A stretch of 64,000 nucleotides of DNA, filler included, from Gonapodya sp. JEL0774 (taxonomy: Eukaryota): the NCBI GenBank assembly GCA_027604505.1. It is 3 parts of 3 records of this genome, joined end to end, with 100 filler letters (N's around TTAATTAATTAA, not from the genome) between each part and the next. Parts side by side here need not be neighbours in the genome. Positions count along the whole stretch, not along the records: positions 27,265 to 54,322 come from JADIIX010000217.1; positions 54,423 to 64,000 come from JADIIX010000409.1; 1 more part is not named here. One strand, 5' to 3'. The number at the start of each line of letters is the position of its first letter. Position 1 is the first letter of the stretch. Shown one piece after another: positions 42,441-55,830 of the stretch. Below the pieces are notes generated by a model. That model saw nothing but the letters and a program-made list of their open reading frames with translations, ran no database searches and had not been told where the DNA came from. Made by a program: the position numbers and the translations under genes.

Positions 42441-44783
42441 ATGTCTGCGTCTGCAATCGACCCTGATGCGTCTGCCACGGAGCCAACTCCCCTGCAATCG
42501 TCCAACTCCCTCCCCCCCCTGCCTGCTCCAGACTCTTCCGACTCAAACGACTTTTCTCCACCTTCACAATCCAATGAAACCCAAACTACAAGCGCAGATG
42601 ATGCAATCAAAACGAAGCGTTCTCTGGCAGGCGCTCCTGCAGTCCTCGACCCGGCCAGACAGGAGGTTGCATATGGCAGGAGAGCTGTTCCAAAACTGGT
42701 GCGTTCCGTTCCACATTGGCGCCGGAGGGCATCGAGGATAGCATTAATGGCTGATAAGTACTGGTGAGCTCCGGTGGCTAGGCGGAAACAATTGGAGCAT
42801 AATGCAATTGGGCGCGAGGTCAACGACCGGGCTCAGATTTGAACACCCACGAGAACTTTAGGCCCAAAACTGAAAAAACGATACACCAACTTCCGCCGTC
42901 TAGAATCACAAATATAACACACGCATTTCCCGCTTTGCGTATCGTGACGGTGATGTTTCACCCAACCCACGTACTCACTCCCTTGCCCACTGCCCCTTTC
43001 CTATCCGTTCCCGTCCTCAGATCTCCTCCCTCTCTTCCGACTCCCCATCCGACTCCCTCACTTCCCTCACAACCCTCTCCTCCCTCCTCCACCATCCATC
43101 CCACCTCGCGTCCGCCCTCTCCTCCAATCTCATCCCCTCCCTCTCTCGCCTCCTCGCATCACCAGACTCGGGCGTCCGCTTGCTCGCCGCAAAGGCGTGC
43201 GTCACCGTCTGTGGACAGGCCGTGGGGAGGTCAGCTGTGGCGCTGGATGCGGTGGAGGGGTTGAAGAAACTCGCGCTCGAAGATCCGGATCCCGAGGTGA
43301 GGAAGGAGGCATACGAGGCTATCAGGAGAGTCAGCATGGATCAAGAAGGTCAGTTGACGTGGTGGAACGTACTTACGCATAGTGGCGTTTTGCTGGCCCA
43401 ATCGGAACCTAGTGTGCTTGGTAGCGAGTTCCACAGTGCCTTCCCTAAACTCTTGCAGCAGAGTTCCACCAAACGCGTTGACTTGTCCCTTCCTTACCCT
43501 CCCATACACCGCGCCCCCTTCCCCCCCCATGCCCACATCCCTCCAGGCGTCTCTTCCCTCCTCCGTGCCTCGCTCATCCGCCCCGCCTTTGCCCGCCTGA
43601 GCGCCGAAACCCTCGAGGTGCAGAGCCTCGTACTACAAACGCTCTACAATATCCTCCGCACGGGGATCGGAGCAGGTGGGACGAGGAAGAAAACCGCGAA
43701 CCAAGCGCTGGCAGGGGCGAGCGGGAGCGGGAGCGGGTACGGCACCCACCCGACGGACGGGCAGATCAGTGGCACCATACCCACGTCCACAGACGCGCCC
43801 GGCGACTCTTTTGACGCTTCTTCGACCTCCGAATCCTTGCCCTCGCCCTCGCCCTCGCCTGCCCCCGCGCCGACGCCCGCCTCGGTCGACGACGACCGCG
43901 AGCCGTCTGCGTTCTTCATGGCGACGCTGAGGGATCTCGCGCAGCAGAGAATGCCGGAGCAGGTGAAAGTCGGGGCGTGTCGATGTGTGATGATGTTGAG
44001 GTGGGTTAATCTGTTGTGTGGCGGGCGTGGGCTGGTCCGTGGTCGTGAAGACGTGCGCTCCTCCTCGCCCTCCTCACCGTCACTGCTCCCACCTCTCCAA
44101 AACCCACCACCCGTTTTCTCTCCGGTCCAGTTTCTACCCCGAAGGCAAACGCCTCGCTGTCAAGGAGAACCTCTTGAAACCTCTCATCGCGTTGCTCAAG
44201 GACCGCAAGTCCGAGGTGAGGGCCGCGGCCGCAGGGGCCATCATGAGGTGAGTAGAGGGTAGTGGGGTTGCGTGGTGGGGCGAGTGAAGAGGTGCAATGC
44301 AGGAGCATGAACGTTGGCGGGAGGGTAACCGTCACCCGCACCTCCTGACCGGTTTCCCACCCGCGGGGCTCCAACTCTCCCCCTTTTCGTGCCACAAGCA
44401 TCACCGTCGATGTGGAGGCCAAGAAGCAGATGGTTCGGGAGAACGCACTCCCACTCCTCGTGGACCTCATCTCGGGGGCGGATCGCAACCCGGAATCCCT
44501 ACTCAACGCGTGCCGATGCATCGCAAACTGCGCAGAGGATTACAGAGGGAGGTTTCAGCTGAGTAGTTGCTTGAAGAAGGTGGGTTGGGGAGGTTTTCGG
44601 CGTTCGCGGGATGACGCGGGGGAAGAAGACATGCGGTTTAGGGGAAGTCTTTAGTCGTTCGGTTTGTTGGTGTTAACCCATCGCCGCTTTATCTGTCAGC
44701 TGGAAGAACTCAAGGGACATCCGAATACGCAGCTTGGAGACGCTGCTAAGAGGGCGATAGAGGTGATTACGTGGAGGCCGTGA
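42441..44783 (+). CDS. RSPH14: Radial spoke head 14 homolog (armadillo-repeat flagellar protein), multi-exon
   Basis: N-terminal DPARQEVAYGRRAVPKL, ARM/HEAT-like repeats (LLKDRKSEVRAAAAGAIM; LLNACRCIANCAEDYRGR) and C-terminal AIEVITWRP*. Confidence 0.78.
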
Positions 44784-45413
44784 GGGCAGCTCCGAGTCTG
44801 CGCTCCGGCGGTGTGTCTGCTGCTTTAGAACGTAGAGATTTCGTAGTGGGTACAAAGCAAGGTGGACATTGCGCAGCTTAAAGTTTAGAAAACCCTCGGA
44901 ATTTTGTCAAGAAATGTCGAGAACCACTGGAGACGATGTGGACTCGTTTATCCGCCGGGCCAAATTCTTTTGTATTTTTCTGCACTTGCTCCGAGCAACA
45001 GAATGTTTGTTTGCGTTCATTGGCGTTCATAAATTGGAGGAACACTCGTTCAGGTCACGTGCCAGTGCCCGGTCACGTGGTTTGAGAGCTGCGCCACAAA
45101 ATGCAGAGTGTTTCATCTGTTAATGGGCTGGAAGGCTTGAAAGTTGCCAATCGGCAGAGAAATACGTTTGAAGATTAATGCGCATCATGTACAGCACTCT
45201 TGCAGGGAACAGGAGGAGGTAGAGGAGGAAGGGGGTGGGGGGAATATCAGATTCACTCTTGAAGATGAAGATGCATCTCGTCCACAATTTGAATTCATAG
45301 GGAGAGCGATTTTCAAACTGGGAACACTGCAAGTTCTAGTTTGCCCTGTGGTGGGACAGCAATAATGCTGGATCCCGCTTTGGTGCTGAAAATATAGGAC
45401 CGCAAGCCTGGGA

Positions 45414-48400
45414 ATGGGGCCCAGTTCCCAAAGCCAAACAACACCAAGTCCGATGGACATCGAAACCGACGACGGAAACATGTGTCTCGCGTCTGTAGCT
45501 GAGCACGAGGTCCCATCAATTACCGCGCGGGGCGCGTTGGACCCAGACGACCATAATCGATTCACCTACTACCATTCAACCTTCTTCGATAACGTAGGCA
45601 GCGGCGCCGCCAGAATCACCCAAAAGGGCGACATTCAGTCTCATCTCAGTCCTCTGCTTGGTCGATCGAGTCTTGGACCAGTGCCAGCGGTGGGGACCGA
45701 GCTCAGCGATGTTGAGGTCAATTTCTCACGATCTTGGGGCCGTGGAATCCGGCTATGCACCCCGGTACTGACGCATTTTTCACCTTCCATTAGACTGAAA
45801 ACAAAGCTACTCAGTCGGATCGCCATATTTGTGAGTTTTTTGAACCGTCTTCAGGAGCTTATCGCATCCAACAACGTCCTCCCACTTCCTTCCCAGCAGC
45901 TTGCTCAGATGTCCCTTCCATACCACAAAATTCAAGCAAGCGGCAGCTTAATCCGGAATCTCTGGGTGCTCAGTCTTTGGAATCATTGGCTGCGAAGACT
46001 CTCACCTGTGGTGATCATCATCCTTTCGTATTGGAAGTTCATGAGGTGAGTATGAAGAGAGACTGCTGGTCACATAGAGGCGAGCAGTTTTGAAATTCGT
46101 GTGGGAGCATTCGTGCGGGAACATGAGGGGAGTTGAGAGAAAGATGTTCTGGAAGAAAAGGGACGTCACAGTTCTCTAGATAGTGTGCCCACACAGGTTG
46201 ATGTTCAGAATTCCGTCGCAGAATGCTAATTTGTTTTGTAGACTGCGATACCTTCGGACAGTGCGCAATCGATATTTCAACGGGACGCAACTCCTAAGCC
46301 AGACGGAGATGAAGAGAACGGCGACATAGACATTGAAGCTTTCAATGACTCGGAAGGTATGCACGCATCTTCTCTGTGGCATTGCTCCTCTCTTCTTATC
46401 CTTCATGCCATTTGACGTCGTTGCGATCCGGTCTACTGCAACACGCCCTTTCTTACTGTGCACTGCTCGAAGTCCCCAACATCAAGTCCACCGAGGCCCC
46501 TGCTGCGCCCATTAAAATCATCGACGCCGTTCAACTGGCTCTGACCACTCTCGGTCGCCCGTCGTCAAGCGCGCAAGTTCTGTCTTGGATCACGTCAAAT
46601 ATGCGGGGATTCACTGTTCGTGGGAAATGGGAGGCGAGCAATATTATGAACGCACTAATAGCTTGATGCCGGCTCTGATTATATGATTGCTATTACTCGC
46701 TGTTCTCTTCTGTTCCCGATCCCTCGGCGAAAGTCCACCGCTCGTTCGTACCTCTGCCGTCGGGGTCGTTGTGGCACCGACGCTCATGGAGCCGCCCTCT
46801 ATACATCTGCGTTTGATCCTACCGCTACGCGATCTGTTCAAGAGGAAGTCAAAGTTCGTTCGCGATGGCTACACAACAAATGTTCCTATGAAGCCGCATG
46901 TCTCGAAGCAGTGCGGAATCTACCAAATAGAGTGGGAACAAAAAGCCAAATTCATGCGTATCTGATAGAGAAGCTTGGGGTAAAACGGGGGGCTTGGGAG
47001 GTGAGTCAAAGTTCCGAGGTTGGGAATGCGAAGTTCTGTTCGTGGTGAATATATGGCGACGCTGATCACATTTCCTACAGGCATTGCAAATTAGTCGGTG
47101 TCTGAAGAATTTGGGAGGAAACCCCCGTTTGTACGGGCTACGTCACTCAGGATCGGGGACCCAGAAGGAAGCTACTCCAGCGCTCTCAAGCCCAGAGCTT
47201 GAATGCGACTCGCCGTCGCCGTCGCCTGTATCCACTCCAGCCAACAAACACTTGACATCGTCCATTTTGAAAATTGATCCTACCGGTGCCCCTCCTGATA
47301 ACAAGTGTTCAGTGGTCGACATGGTACGTCAGGCCATGGCCAACCTTCCTCAGAATTGTGGCACAACCGGACAAGTTTTCGATTGGATCACCCGGAACGT
47401 CGCATTATGTGGAACCGCAGATGCTGATTTAAGGGTGGGGAAAGAAATCATTGTCTTGCACATGATCTTCTGAGTGTTCTCCTTCTTGACAGCGTAAAGT
47501 TATGAAAGTATTGCACAAAAAGAGAGGCTTTGTCAGAGTCAATGGCCATTGTGTACCGGCTGTCTACTCTGTTCAGATGGACTCAACTACGAATTCCAGG
47601 ATCGAGCCGATCCAACATGTCAAGAAGATCAAGCATCACGATCCAGCGGCAATTTCGGAGAAAACTCCAACTCACTCTCACACCCGTGATAGACCTTTAA
47701 CATTGCTTGCTTTGCCTATTGGGGTCCTCGTAGAACTTTTCAAATATCTGGCGCCCGCTGACGTGGCAAGAGTGACGGCAACTTGCCGACAGGGGTGCAC
47801 AACGGGATCGAACTTGGATTATGTGCGTTCATGTTAATCACCACTCCCTATTACTCCTTTAACGCTCTGGGATTATCATCAAGGTTTACTGGCGTGCCGC
47901 GGTTAAACGAGCTGGGCTCCTCAAGATCGTGGAAGCCAAGTGCTGGGCCAACTACAGGACGTGGTCGTGAGTGTTGGCAGCTAAGAAGCTTGGGACTGTC
48001 CCACACGTTTCCATTCCTCTGCCACCCCATTGTAAGTAAAATCTTTGTCACCCTTGCGGGAGTTCGAAATTGTGTGGAGTGTGGGGCTTTCACCACAATT
48101 GTGTACGATGGAACATTCGAGGTGAGGCGAGACAGTAAGATGTCTTCAATAAATTAGCACTCCTACAACGTGGGTTTGCCCTTTGTGTAATTGCAGAAAC
48201 TTTGCGTCGGTTGCCTCAACCTTGATCATGATGCGGAACTCGATCATCCAGAGTTGTCGGATGTCACGGATCTCGAAAAGTGAGCATGCACCACCCTCGC
48301 ATTGCCCAATTGTAAATCATCGTTTGAACTTGGACGGTGTCACTTCCGAACGTGCTTGAAGTTACGTCCACCCTGTTACCCTCCGTCGCGACAGAGCAGT

Positions 48401-49022
48401 TGAGTGCGAGATTTGCATCAACCGATTGGCGGCCCTCGAGCCTTTCGCAATTCCAACCGGAGTCTCTCGATCTGTGCCGCGGAGCTCACTAGAAAGACAC
48501 CTCAATGATCACGAGAGGTACTTGAAGGAGTTGCAGAAGAAGGTGAATTTGCGGAAGAGGAGGTGTTTTTTTTTCAAAGCTTCTGGGTTTTGCTAATAAT
48601 AAGCTCGCACTCTGGCCATGCGGTAGTGCGACGAGTGGGAAGACGTTGATAGAATCGAAACGCTTTCCGAGGTATCGACGAGAACAAACTTGGCGATCGG
48701 GCAGACCATTTCACCAATAGATCTGAGCAGGCAGCAAGTATGCGAGGGAGTGGAGGAGAATAGATTGCGGCCAAATGATTTGTCAGCACCTCTTTCGGAA
48801 CGTTCAGAGTGCCAGGAGAAGCGGTCAGAGACAAAAAACACGCCACGTGCCGTAAACATCCCGACGTCACTACCAGCTAATGGCTTCGAGAGTTGGATTG
48901 ATCTTGCTCGGTTCCTCCTGCAACCAGGTGCATTCAATCAACTTGCCGGAGTCCTGGACTCAGACTCCTTGTCTAATTTGCGTGGCTTGTTGGTGTCGTG
49001 GGGTATTACTGGACTTTCATGA
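45414..49022 (+). CDS. F-box protein with three winged-helix-like repeats and Cys-pair motifs (gene model tentative)
   Basis: F-box LLALPIGVLVELFKYLAPADVARVTATCR at ~47700-47790; repeats at ~46510, ~46880 and ~47305; CVECG...LCVGC downstream. Confidence 0.55.
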
Positions 49023-49382
49023 TCACCTACTCTTACCTTTATCCAACTGTAATGATGTTTATGTACTGTAACTTCTTCCGCTTTCAATAAATTTCCCCAA
49101 TTTGTATCCCATTTGACCAATACATGTATTGCATTCAAAGCGACAGAGGTCCAGCTACGCTCAAATGCAGATCAATATCCGCGAAATGGGGGTTCTGTTT
49201 AACCGCCCCCGCCCTGTGTGCCAATCCCATCGATTCCATCGAGGAGGCATGTATTGCGATCTTGGCTCAAATTTTGTACATCGCACAAATACACTAACTT
49301 ACGTCGTTTCCATCTACGATAATCACGCCACAGGCCCTCATCGTGTGTGTGGATTGTCGGGGACTGCACAATTCAATCAGCG

Positions 49383-51783
49383 ATGACATCGACTCGGACG
49401 AAACCGCTCCGCGTCGCCATTCTTGGATCTGGTGTGTCAGGCCTTTCAACAGCATGGATGCTGACACTCCCAGAGAATAGAGCTCACTATGACGTGACGG
49501 TTTTCGAGAGTGAATCATGGATTGGCGGACACGCGCACACTGTCGATGTGGAAGTGGGATCCAAAAAAGTGCCAGTCGACGTCGGATTCATCGTATGCAA
49601 TGAAGTGGTATGTTTTTGGATTCTGGAATGAGTTTTGGAAGTCGATTCACGTTAGTCCATAATTCCACAATGTCTTCACCTTTCAACATTCAACCCATTC
49701 GAAGACGTACCCAAACTTTCTGCGTGTTCTCAGTCACGTGGGAGTCTCTTACATACCTTCAGTAATGTCTTTTTCCGTGTCCCGTGATGGAGGCAATCTC
49801 GAATGGGCAGGGACCTCACTTGCGACGGTGTTCGCACAACCTGGTTCTGTTTGGGATTCGCGAATGTGGCGGATGGTCTGGGAAGTTCTTACTTTCAACG
49901 CACTTGCTGATAAAATTGCGAGAGAGGAGGAGGACAGGGAGCTGAAGGGAGGGCTGATTGATGGTGAGTGGACTCACCACCTTCGCTTGCCCATTGAGGA
50001 TCGGCCTGCAACACTGGTCGGTCTTGTGAAAAAAATGCCTTCGAGAACTTTATGGTCACGTGTGTGAGGAAAGGGCATGATTGCTTTCTCGGACCGTGGT
50101 TCCTTGTTGACCAACCCTCCCCACCACTGTGTATATTCAGATTCTCCTTACGCCCACACGACTCTTGGAGAATTCTTTGCACTGCACGGATTCTCAACCT
50201 TTTTCTACGAAAACTATGTGCTGCCGATGACTGGTAAGTATTGGTCGTTCTATAGCAAACGTCAGAGGAAAATCACGGGGCAGTTGGAGGAATCCAGATG
50301 GATTTAGGGCTGAAATCATACGAAAGAATTCAGGTCAGAATGTTGATTGGGCTTGCGCGTTCTTTGGGGGGCGGGAATTTTCGATCAATGACAATCTTAG
50401 CTGCGTGATCAACTGGAGACTTTTGGTTTTGATTGTGCTGTCACTTGATGACCTCAGATCAAATTAACCCACTCAAATCTTCCGGAATCCATCATCCCAT
50501 CATACGTCATTTCATTTCTCAGCTGCTGTCTGGTCCACTCCCCCGACTGTCGCCACCTCCACATTCCCACTCCTCACCTTTGTCCGTTTCTGCCGCAATC
50601 ACCGCCTTCTCCAAATAACCGGACGCCCTGAATGGAAAACCGTTGCTGGAGGATCGCACGCTTATGTATCTGCGATCGTCAAGCAGATCGGTCCAGATCG
50701 ATGTAAAATTCAGGCCCGCGTGACACGGGTCGTTCGTGAGAGAGGCAAGGCCCACGGCGGGGTGAAAGTGTGGTACACGATTGGAGAGGGAGAAGAGCTG
50801 GAAGAAGTGTTCGATCATGTGGTGTTTGCAACGCATGCAGATACGGCCATGGAAATTCTGGGGCCGGACGCTTCTCTCGAGGAAAGAGACGCCTTGGGGA
50901 AAGTCACCTTTTCCAAGAACAAGGTCGTTTTGCATGGAGACTCAAGGGTTCGTTTAAGCTCGAGTGCGAGATCAACGTTCCAAGTGCGCTTGAGCCCCAC
51001 CGATGCCAACACGCCGTTCGTTCTTCTTCTCCACCGTTATATCCCCCTCAAATCACCTTTCAATCTCACAGCTGATGCCGCGTCTTCCCATTTGCCGTTC
51101 CTCGTGGAACTATATCACCATCAGTCCCAACGGTGCCGAGACTAAATCTGGGTCGTTGTGTCTCACCTACTGCATGAACGTCCTCCAGTCTTGGATCGAA
51201 AGTGCCGGTATTGGTGACATTTTGGTCACAGTGAACCCAGTCATTGAGCCTGAAGAAGCAAAGGTTTGGGGAGAATGGGACAAGACACATCCGGTCATGG
51301 ACGCAGAGGTAAGTTGAGGGTTCATACACGATTAACATCTGCTCAGATCACGGTTCGAATCAATGACTCAATGAATGACTCAACTTGACCACCAATCACT
51401 ATACTCAGTTACTCCGCGCCCAAAGGCTTCTTCCTACCTTGCAGTCTTTACCATCCACGAATACCCTTTTCACAGGTGCCTGGACACATCACGGCTTTCA
51501 CGAAGATGGATGCACGTCAGGACTCCTTGCAGCATTATCACTTGGCGCCAAATGTCCCTTCTCCGTAGAGCTCAATGGAGGTTTCCCAACAGCTCGCAGA
51601 GGTTGGAGGAGGAGGGGAGATAGTCCCGGACAGATGGAGAGTGATGTGGGAATTGGCAAAGGAATATGGCCAGGCGGAAAGGGCAGGGGTGAATTGGAGT
51701 TGGAGTGGCTCTTGTGGAGTGGGGCCGCGTTAGTTGGGCTGGTTGGGATCGCTGGTGTGACAATTGGTCGCGCGTTTCGGTAG
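49383..51783 (+). CDS. FAD-dependent amine oxidase-like oxidoreductase (COG2907-type), multi-exon
   Basis: RVAILGSGVSGLSTAW, IGGHAHTVDV, VDVGFIVCNEV|TYPNF, FDHVVFATHAD, GAWTHHGFHEDG. Confidence 0.9.
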
Positions 51784-51966
51784 CATCTGCATCAATGTAA
51801 GGATAATTCGATCAATGTATTAGACCTGTAATTGTTGTTCGGAGGCGACAGTGATGATACCCCGACTTATTACTTTGCTTGGGACTGCCAGGTACGTTGT
51901 TGATGGAATGCGGTAGGGTGGGTCAGCAGTGGCAGTGCTCCAAATTTCTCTCCACTCGAACTGAAA

Positions 51967-53661
51967 ATGGTTGATGCTGAAGGAGCAAGCGTAGCGACAC
52001 AGCTGGACCCATCTGCGCCGACGCGTTCTTCGCTGGCGGGGCTACTGAGAGAAGGTGCGCGACGAAATGAACGCAAAGTGTTCCGGAGGATCCCGTCCCC
52101 AGTCTCAAATGTTTCCACATGCACATGCAGGAAGCCCAAAATTCACTACAGATGAGCCTGTAGCTGTACTGTATGTGCCGTTGGATTTCTGTACTGTATT
52201 TGCTGTTGAGATGCAAACGGGCCTGATTGTTTCAGAGTTCTCATCCGGCATCATCTGATCGACTGGATCGCTGGGATTGTTATGGTAGCTGTTGGCTTTC
52301 TTGGTACGTCCTGGTCGTACCAGTTTGTCGAGTTTGACCCATGACCTCACCTCTACGCACAAATCAAAATCGTGATTAAATCCATCGCGGCCCCACCGCC
52401 GCCCGCCTCCTCCTGAACACCATGTCGTACATATCAAAATGCTTTACTTGTTCAGTCGCCCTTGCAAAGCCCCACGAGAGGAATTTCTTCCCCGATGACG
52501 AAAGCATTTCGTACACTTGGAGGAGTGACACGTACCCTTCTTGGGCACTTATATTTCCGCTTCCAATCTTTCCTGTACTTGTCTTTTTGATTTGGAGTGG
52601 GCTCCTCCGCAGGAGATGGGACGAGGTCCACAGGGCGTGCCTTGGGCTGCTGGTTGCATCGGGGATAAACATTCTGACGACGCACGTGCTCAAGGTATCA
52701 GTTGGACGCCTGAGGCCATGTGAGTTTTGAGAGTTTTGAGGGGAAGGGAGAGGGCGGCGAGATTGTGGGTTTATCTTGAGATACAGCGGAGAGAGGGGGT
52801 CACGCCTGTGCTGAACAGCAACAGCCTCATAAAGCGCTTTTTGGTTTCCGGATTACAATGGTGACGCTCAGGAAGCGTCAGTACATTGCGTGCCCGATAG
52901 ACTTGAGCAAATTCCTCAACATGCTATGTTTACGACCTTCCTTCAATATCCAGCATTCATTGATGCCTGTCAGCCCATTGAGGCCGCTGTCACAGCCGCT
53001 CTCGCCGCGCCTTATGGCCCTGCCCGCTCCCTACCTCCTTCCGCCTGCAGCGGTCCCACTGCAACCGTCCACAACGCCCGTTCGTCCTTTCCATCTGGCC
53101 ACACCAGCTATAGCTTTTGTGGGATGGTTTTTGTGGCTGCATACCTGCTGGAAAGGGTGTCTCTGGGGGAAATTAGGTTGCGCAGGCGTGGGGCGTGGTA
53201 TGACGGAGAACATTCGGTGGGGAGAAAGTCTATGTGAGTGGTCGAGTAATTATCTGCGCGCAACGTGTCTCTCAGCGAGGTGTTCACCTTTCCCGCTTGT
53301 AGCATTGCCGCTGAACTTGCCGCGATCGTTGTACCCATCTTGTGGGCAGCTTTGTGAGTACTCATTGATCGGAAACGCACGGACGATAGCATGAGCCTAA
53401 CCGTAGCTTGTCAACGGTAGAATCGGCATTTCCAGAATTGATGGTGAGGGCGTGCCTCGTTGACCAGCACCCATATTCACTGACGTGCGGAACGTCGCTT
53501 TCATACCTCTTCCAGACAACAAGCACCACTGGTCTGATGTGTTTGCGGGCGCTCTCATCGGTACTGTCTCGTCGCTGGTCGGCTGGTTCTGCTTTGTGCG
53601 TAGACCTGCGGCGGCCGAGAAGTTTCAGGGTTCGGGAGGTGAGAACAAGAGGGAGGTTTAG
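51967..53661 (+). CDS. PAP2-family lipid phosphate phosphatase (DPP1/LPP-like), multi-exon
   Basis: Three catalytic motifs: KVSVGRLRP, SFPSGHTS and SRID|DNKHHWSDVFAGALIG. Confidence 0.9.
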
Positions 53662-54038
53662 ATCCGACTGATACAGAGGGAATACGTGTTACTGTAAACA
53701 ATCACACGTATTGGGCATCAACATTTTTTGTAATAACATTTTCATGTAATAACATTTTCATGATTGTCTGAGCAGAAAAATGAGAAACAAATGAAGGGGA
53801 AGGTTGCAGATTGACCGTAGAAAAAGTGAGAGTGGAGGGGGATGCGTGCGCTGGTGATCGTATTGCAAATGTCTAAAAGCAATCCTACGTATAAAGTGAA
53901 GTCATTACATAACAACGAAAGAGATTCGGGTCACAGAGGCAACCTTTATACCGATCATGGGTTAAACCTTGGACAAGATGTGTTTGCGAAGCATTTGGAG
54001 ATGGGAGTGGCGATTGGCAATGTATGTACAATAGAGGT

Positions 54039-54054
54039 GGTTTTTATAAAAACC
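54039..54054 (-). promoter_or_regulatory. Candidate histone mRNA 3' stem-loop (second copy)
   Basis: Same GGTTTT-TATA-AAAACC-ACC downstream of the minus-strand H2B stop. Confidence 0.6.
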
Positions 54055-54115
54055 AAATGAAGTAATATGGCTGCTTCAGCAGTCAAGATGACGTGCAGAC
54101 TTCAAGTTCCCCTCT

Positions 54116-54252
54116 TTACTTGGAGCTGGTGAACTTGGTGACCGCCTTGGTGCCCTCAGACACGGCGTGTTTGGCGAGCTCACCGGGGAGAATGAGACGG
54201 ATGGCGGTCTGGACCTCGCGAGACGAGATGGTGGAGCGCTTGTTGTATGCAG
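54116..54252 (-). CDS. H2B: Histone H2B, last exon, second copy (truncated by the contig edge)
   Basis: Same peptide as 27335-27471, with three synonymous differences (GCC/GCA, GTA/GTC, ACT/ACC). Confidence 0.97.
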
Positions 54253-54322
54253 CTGAGGAAACGCGGTGCAGGGAGAGACAGGGAGAGCAGATGTGAGCGA
54301 CATGCTCAGAACCGAACACCAC

Positions 54323-54422
54323 NNNNNNNNNNNNNNNNNNNNNNNNNNNNNNNNNNNNNNNNNNNNTTAATTAATTAANNNNNNNNNNNNNNNNNNNNNN
54401 NNNNNNNNNNNNNNNNNNNNNN
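54323..54422. other. Artificial contig-joining linker
   Basis: N runs flank TTAATTAATTAA. Confidence 0.99.
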
Positions 54423-55830
54423 ACTAAGTTTTGAAATGCTATAACTGCGTTGATCAGTACCCTTCCTTGAGTAGGTAACGCTGGCCTCGTTGTCAGACCC
54501 CTCTCCCCGTGCGGCGATCAATGAAGGGACGCAGCTGCTGGACTATCTTCTAGTGCGCAGGTGCGTCCCCTGTGTTGATCGGCGGATGGGGCTAGAGGTG
54601 GTTGTCAACACAGTTTGCACACCTACAATCCCGGTTACAACGTGAGAAAATGGAGAGCTGACATGAGCACGCCACGGGTGGAATACGGGAAAATCACGAC
54701 ATGAAATTCTTGATTCTTGCGTTCTCGACGGCGGGTACGAACACTGACGCGGTTGGTGGTATGGGCCAGTTGGCCGTTTCTACAAGGCTCAGACACGCTC
54801 GGTGTCACTCCGAGAACCACCCCGGAGGAGGGGTTGACTTTGGGGGCTCCTGCACGCAGAAGACGAATGGAAAGTGCATCAAGGTAGAGTTCCATTCATT
54901 TCTGTTTCTCTACTGTCGGACCACCGTCACCCGACATGTCCACCGTGTTGCGCCCACTGTGGAAACGTAGCCACGTACAGGAGTAGGCTAGGCCTCTCTC
55001 TGAGCGAATTCTTGCTATATGAAGCACCGTACGTTCCTGAAATTTCTACCTCCAGGAGAGGAGCCCCTTTCGTTCGCCGTCCGCCCAGAGCAGTCGATAT
55101 CGTGCACTATCGAAACAAAGTGGAATTGTACATCAAACGAATAGATAATGGTTTACATTCAATTTTCATTTTCCAAATCCATTATTCAAGAAATAGTTCT
55201 GATGGAACGGATGCAGTGAGGAGTGATTGAATGGGGAACCCTTGTCCCGTTTGACTGTCCCCTCTTATCTTGGCTGGACAGGCGACGATTGCCAGAACGA
55301 GAGCAAGGCAGAGTCGATAATCAGAAATGCACAGAAAACTGGCAGAACGGAAGAGTCGAGCGTGTGCGCAGTCGCTTTCGCTGTCGCTGTCGTGTTCCCA
55401 GTCCCGTCTGGTTTCGTCCCTGTCTCGAACTGGGATGCTGACCGCATCGACGGCATCGACCGCGCCCTCGCAACAATCTCAACATGCACCCATCTCATCT
55501 GCGCCACCTTCCCGCTCTTCACGCGCCCTCGACTTGTCCCGCAAACTCGCCCAAGGTCCAGACTTGGATCACTTTGTTTCCAATCACCAACCTCAAATCG
55601 AACCAGACGACGCTTCCCTCGCAGACGACGAAGTTATGCTTCTCGAAAAGAAACCTGCACGGTTGCTGACTGGCGCAGAGGTCAGGAGGAAAAAGTGCGT
55701 TGGTGGTTGAGGTGGGACAGTCGATTGTTGGGGCAGTCCTCTGGCAGTTAACACGAGACGAAGCCGGTTTACAATCTGTCTGGTCCGCTTTGTTGTTTTC
55801 TTAACTGCCTGTTTTGTGATTCAATTTTCT
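54423..55830 (+). repeat. Left arm of a ~1.4-kb inverted repeat (partner 62588-64000)
   Basis: Starts ACTAAGTTTTGAAATG...; the window ends ...CATTTCAAAACTTAGT; colinear with scattered substitutions and indels. Confidence 0.97.
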
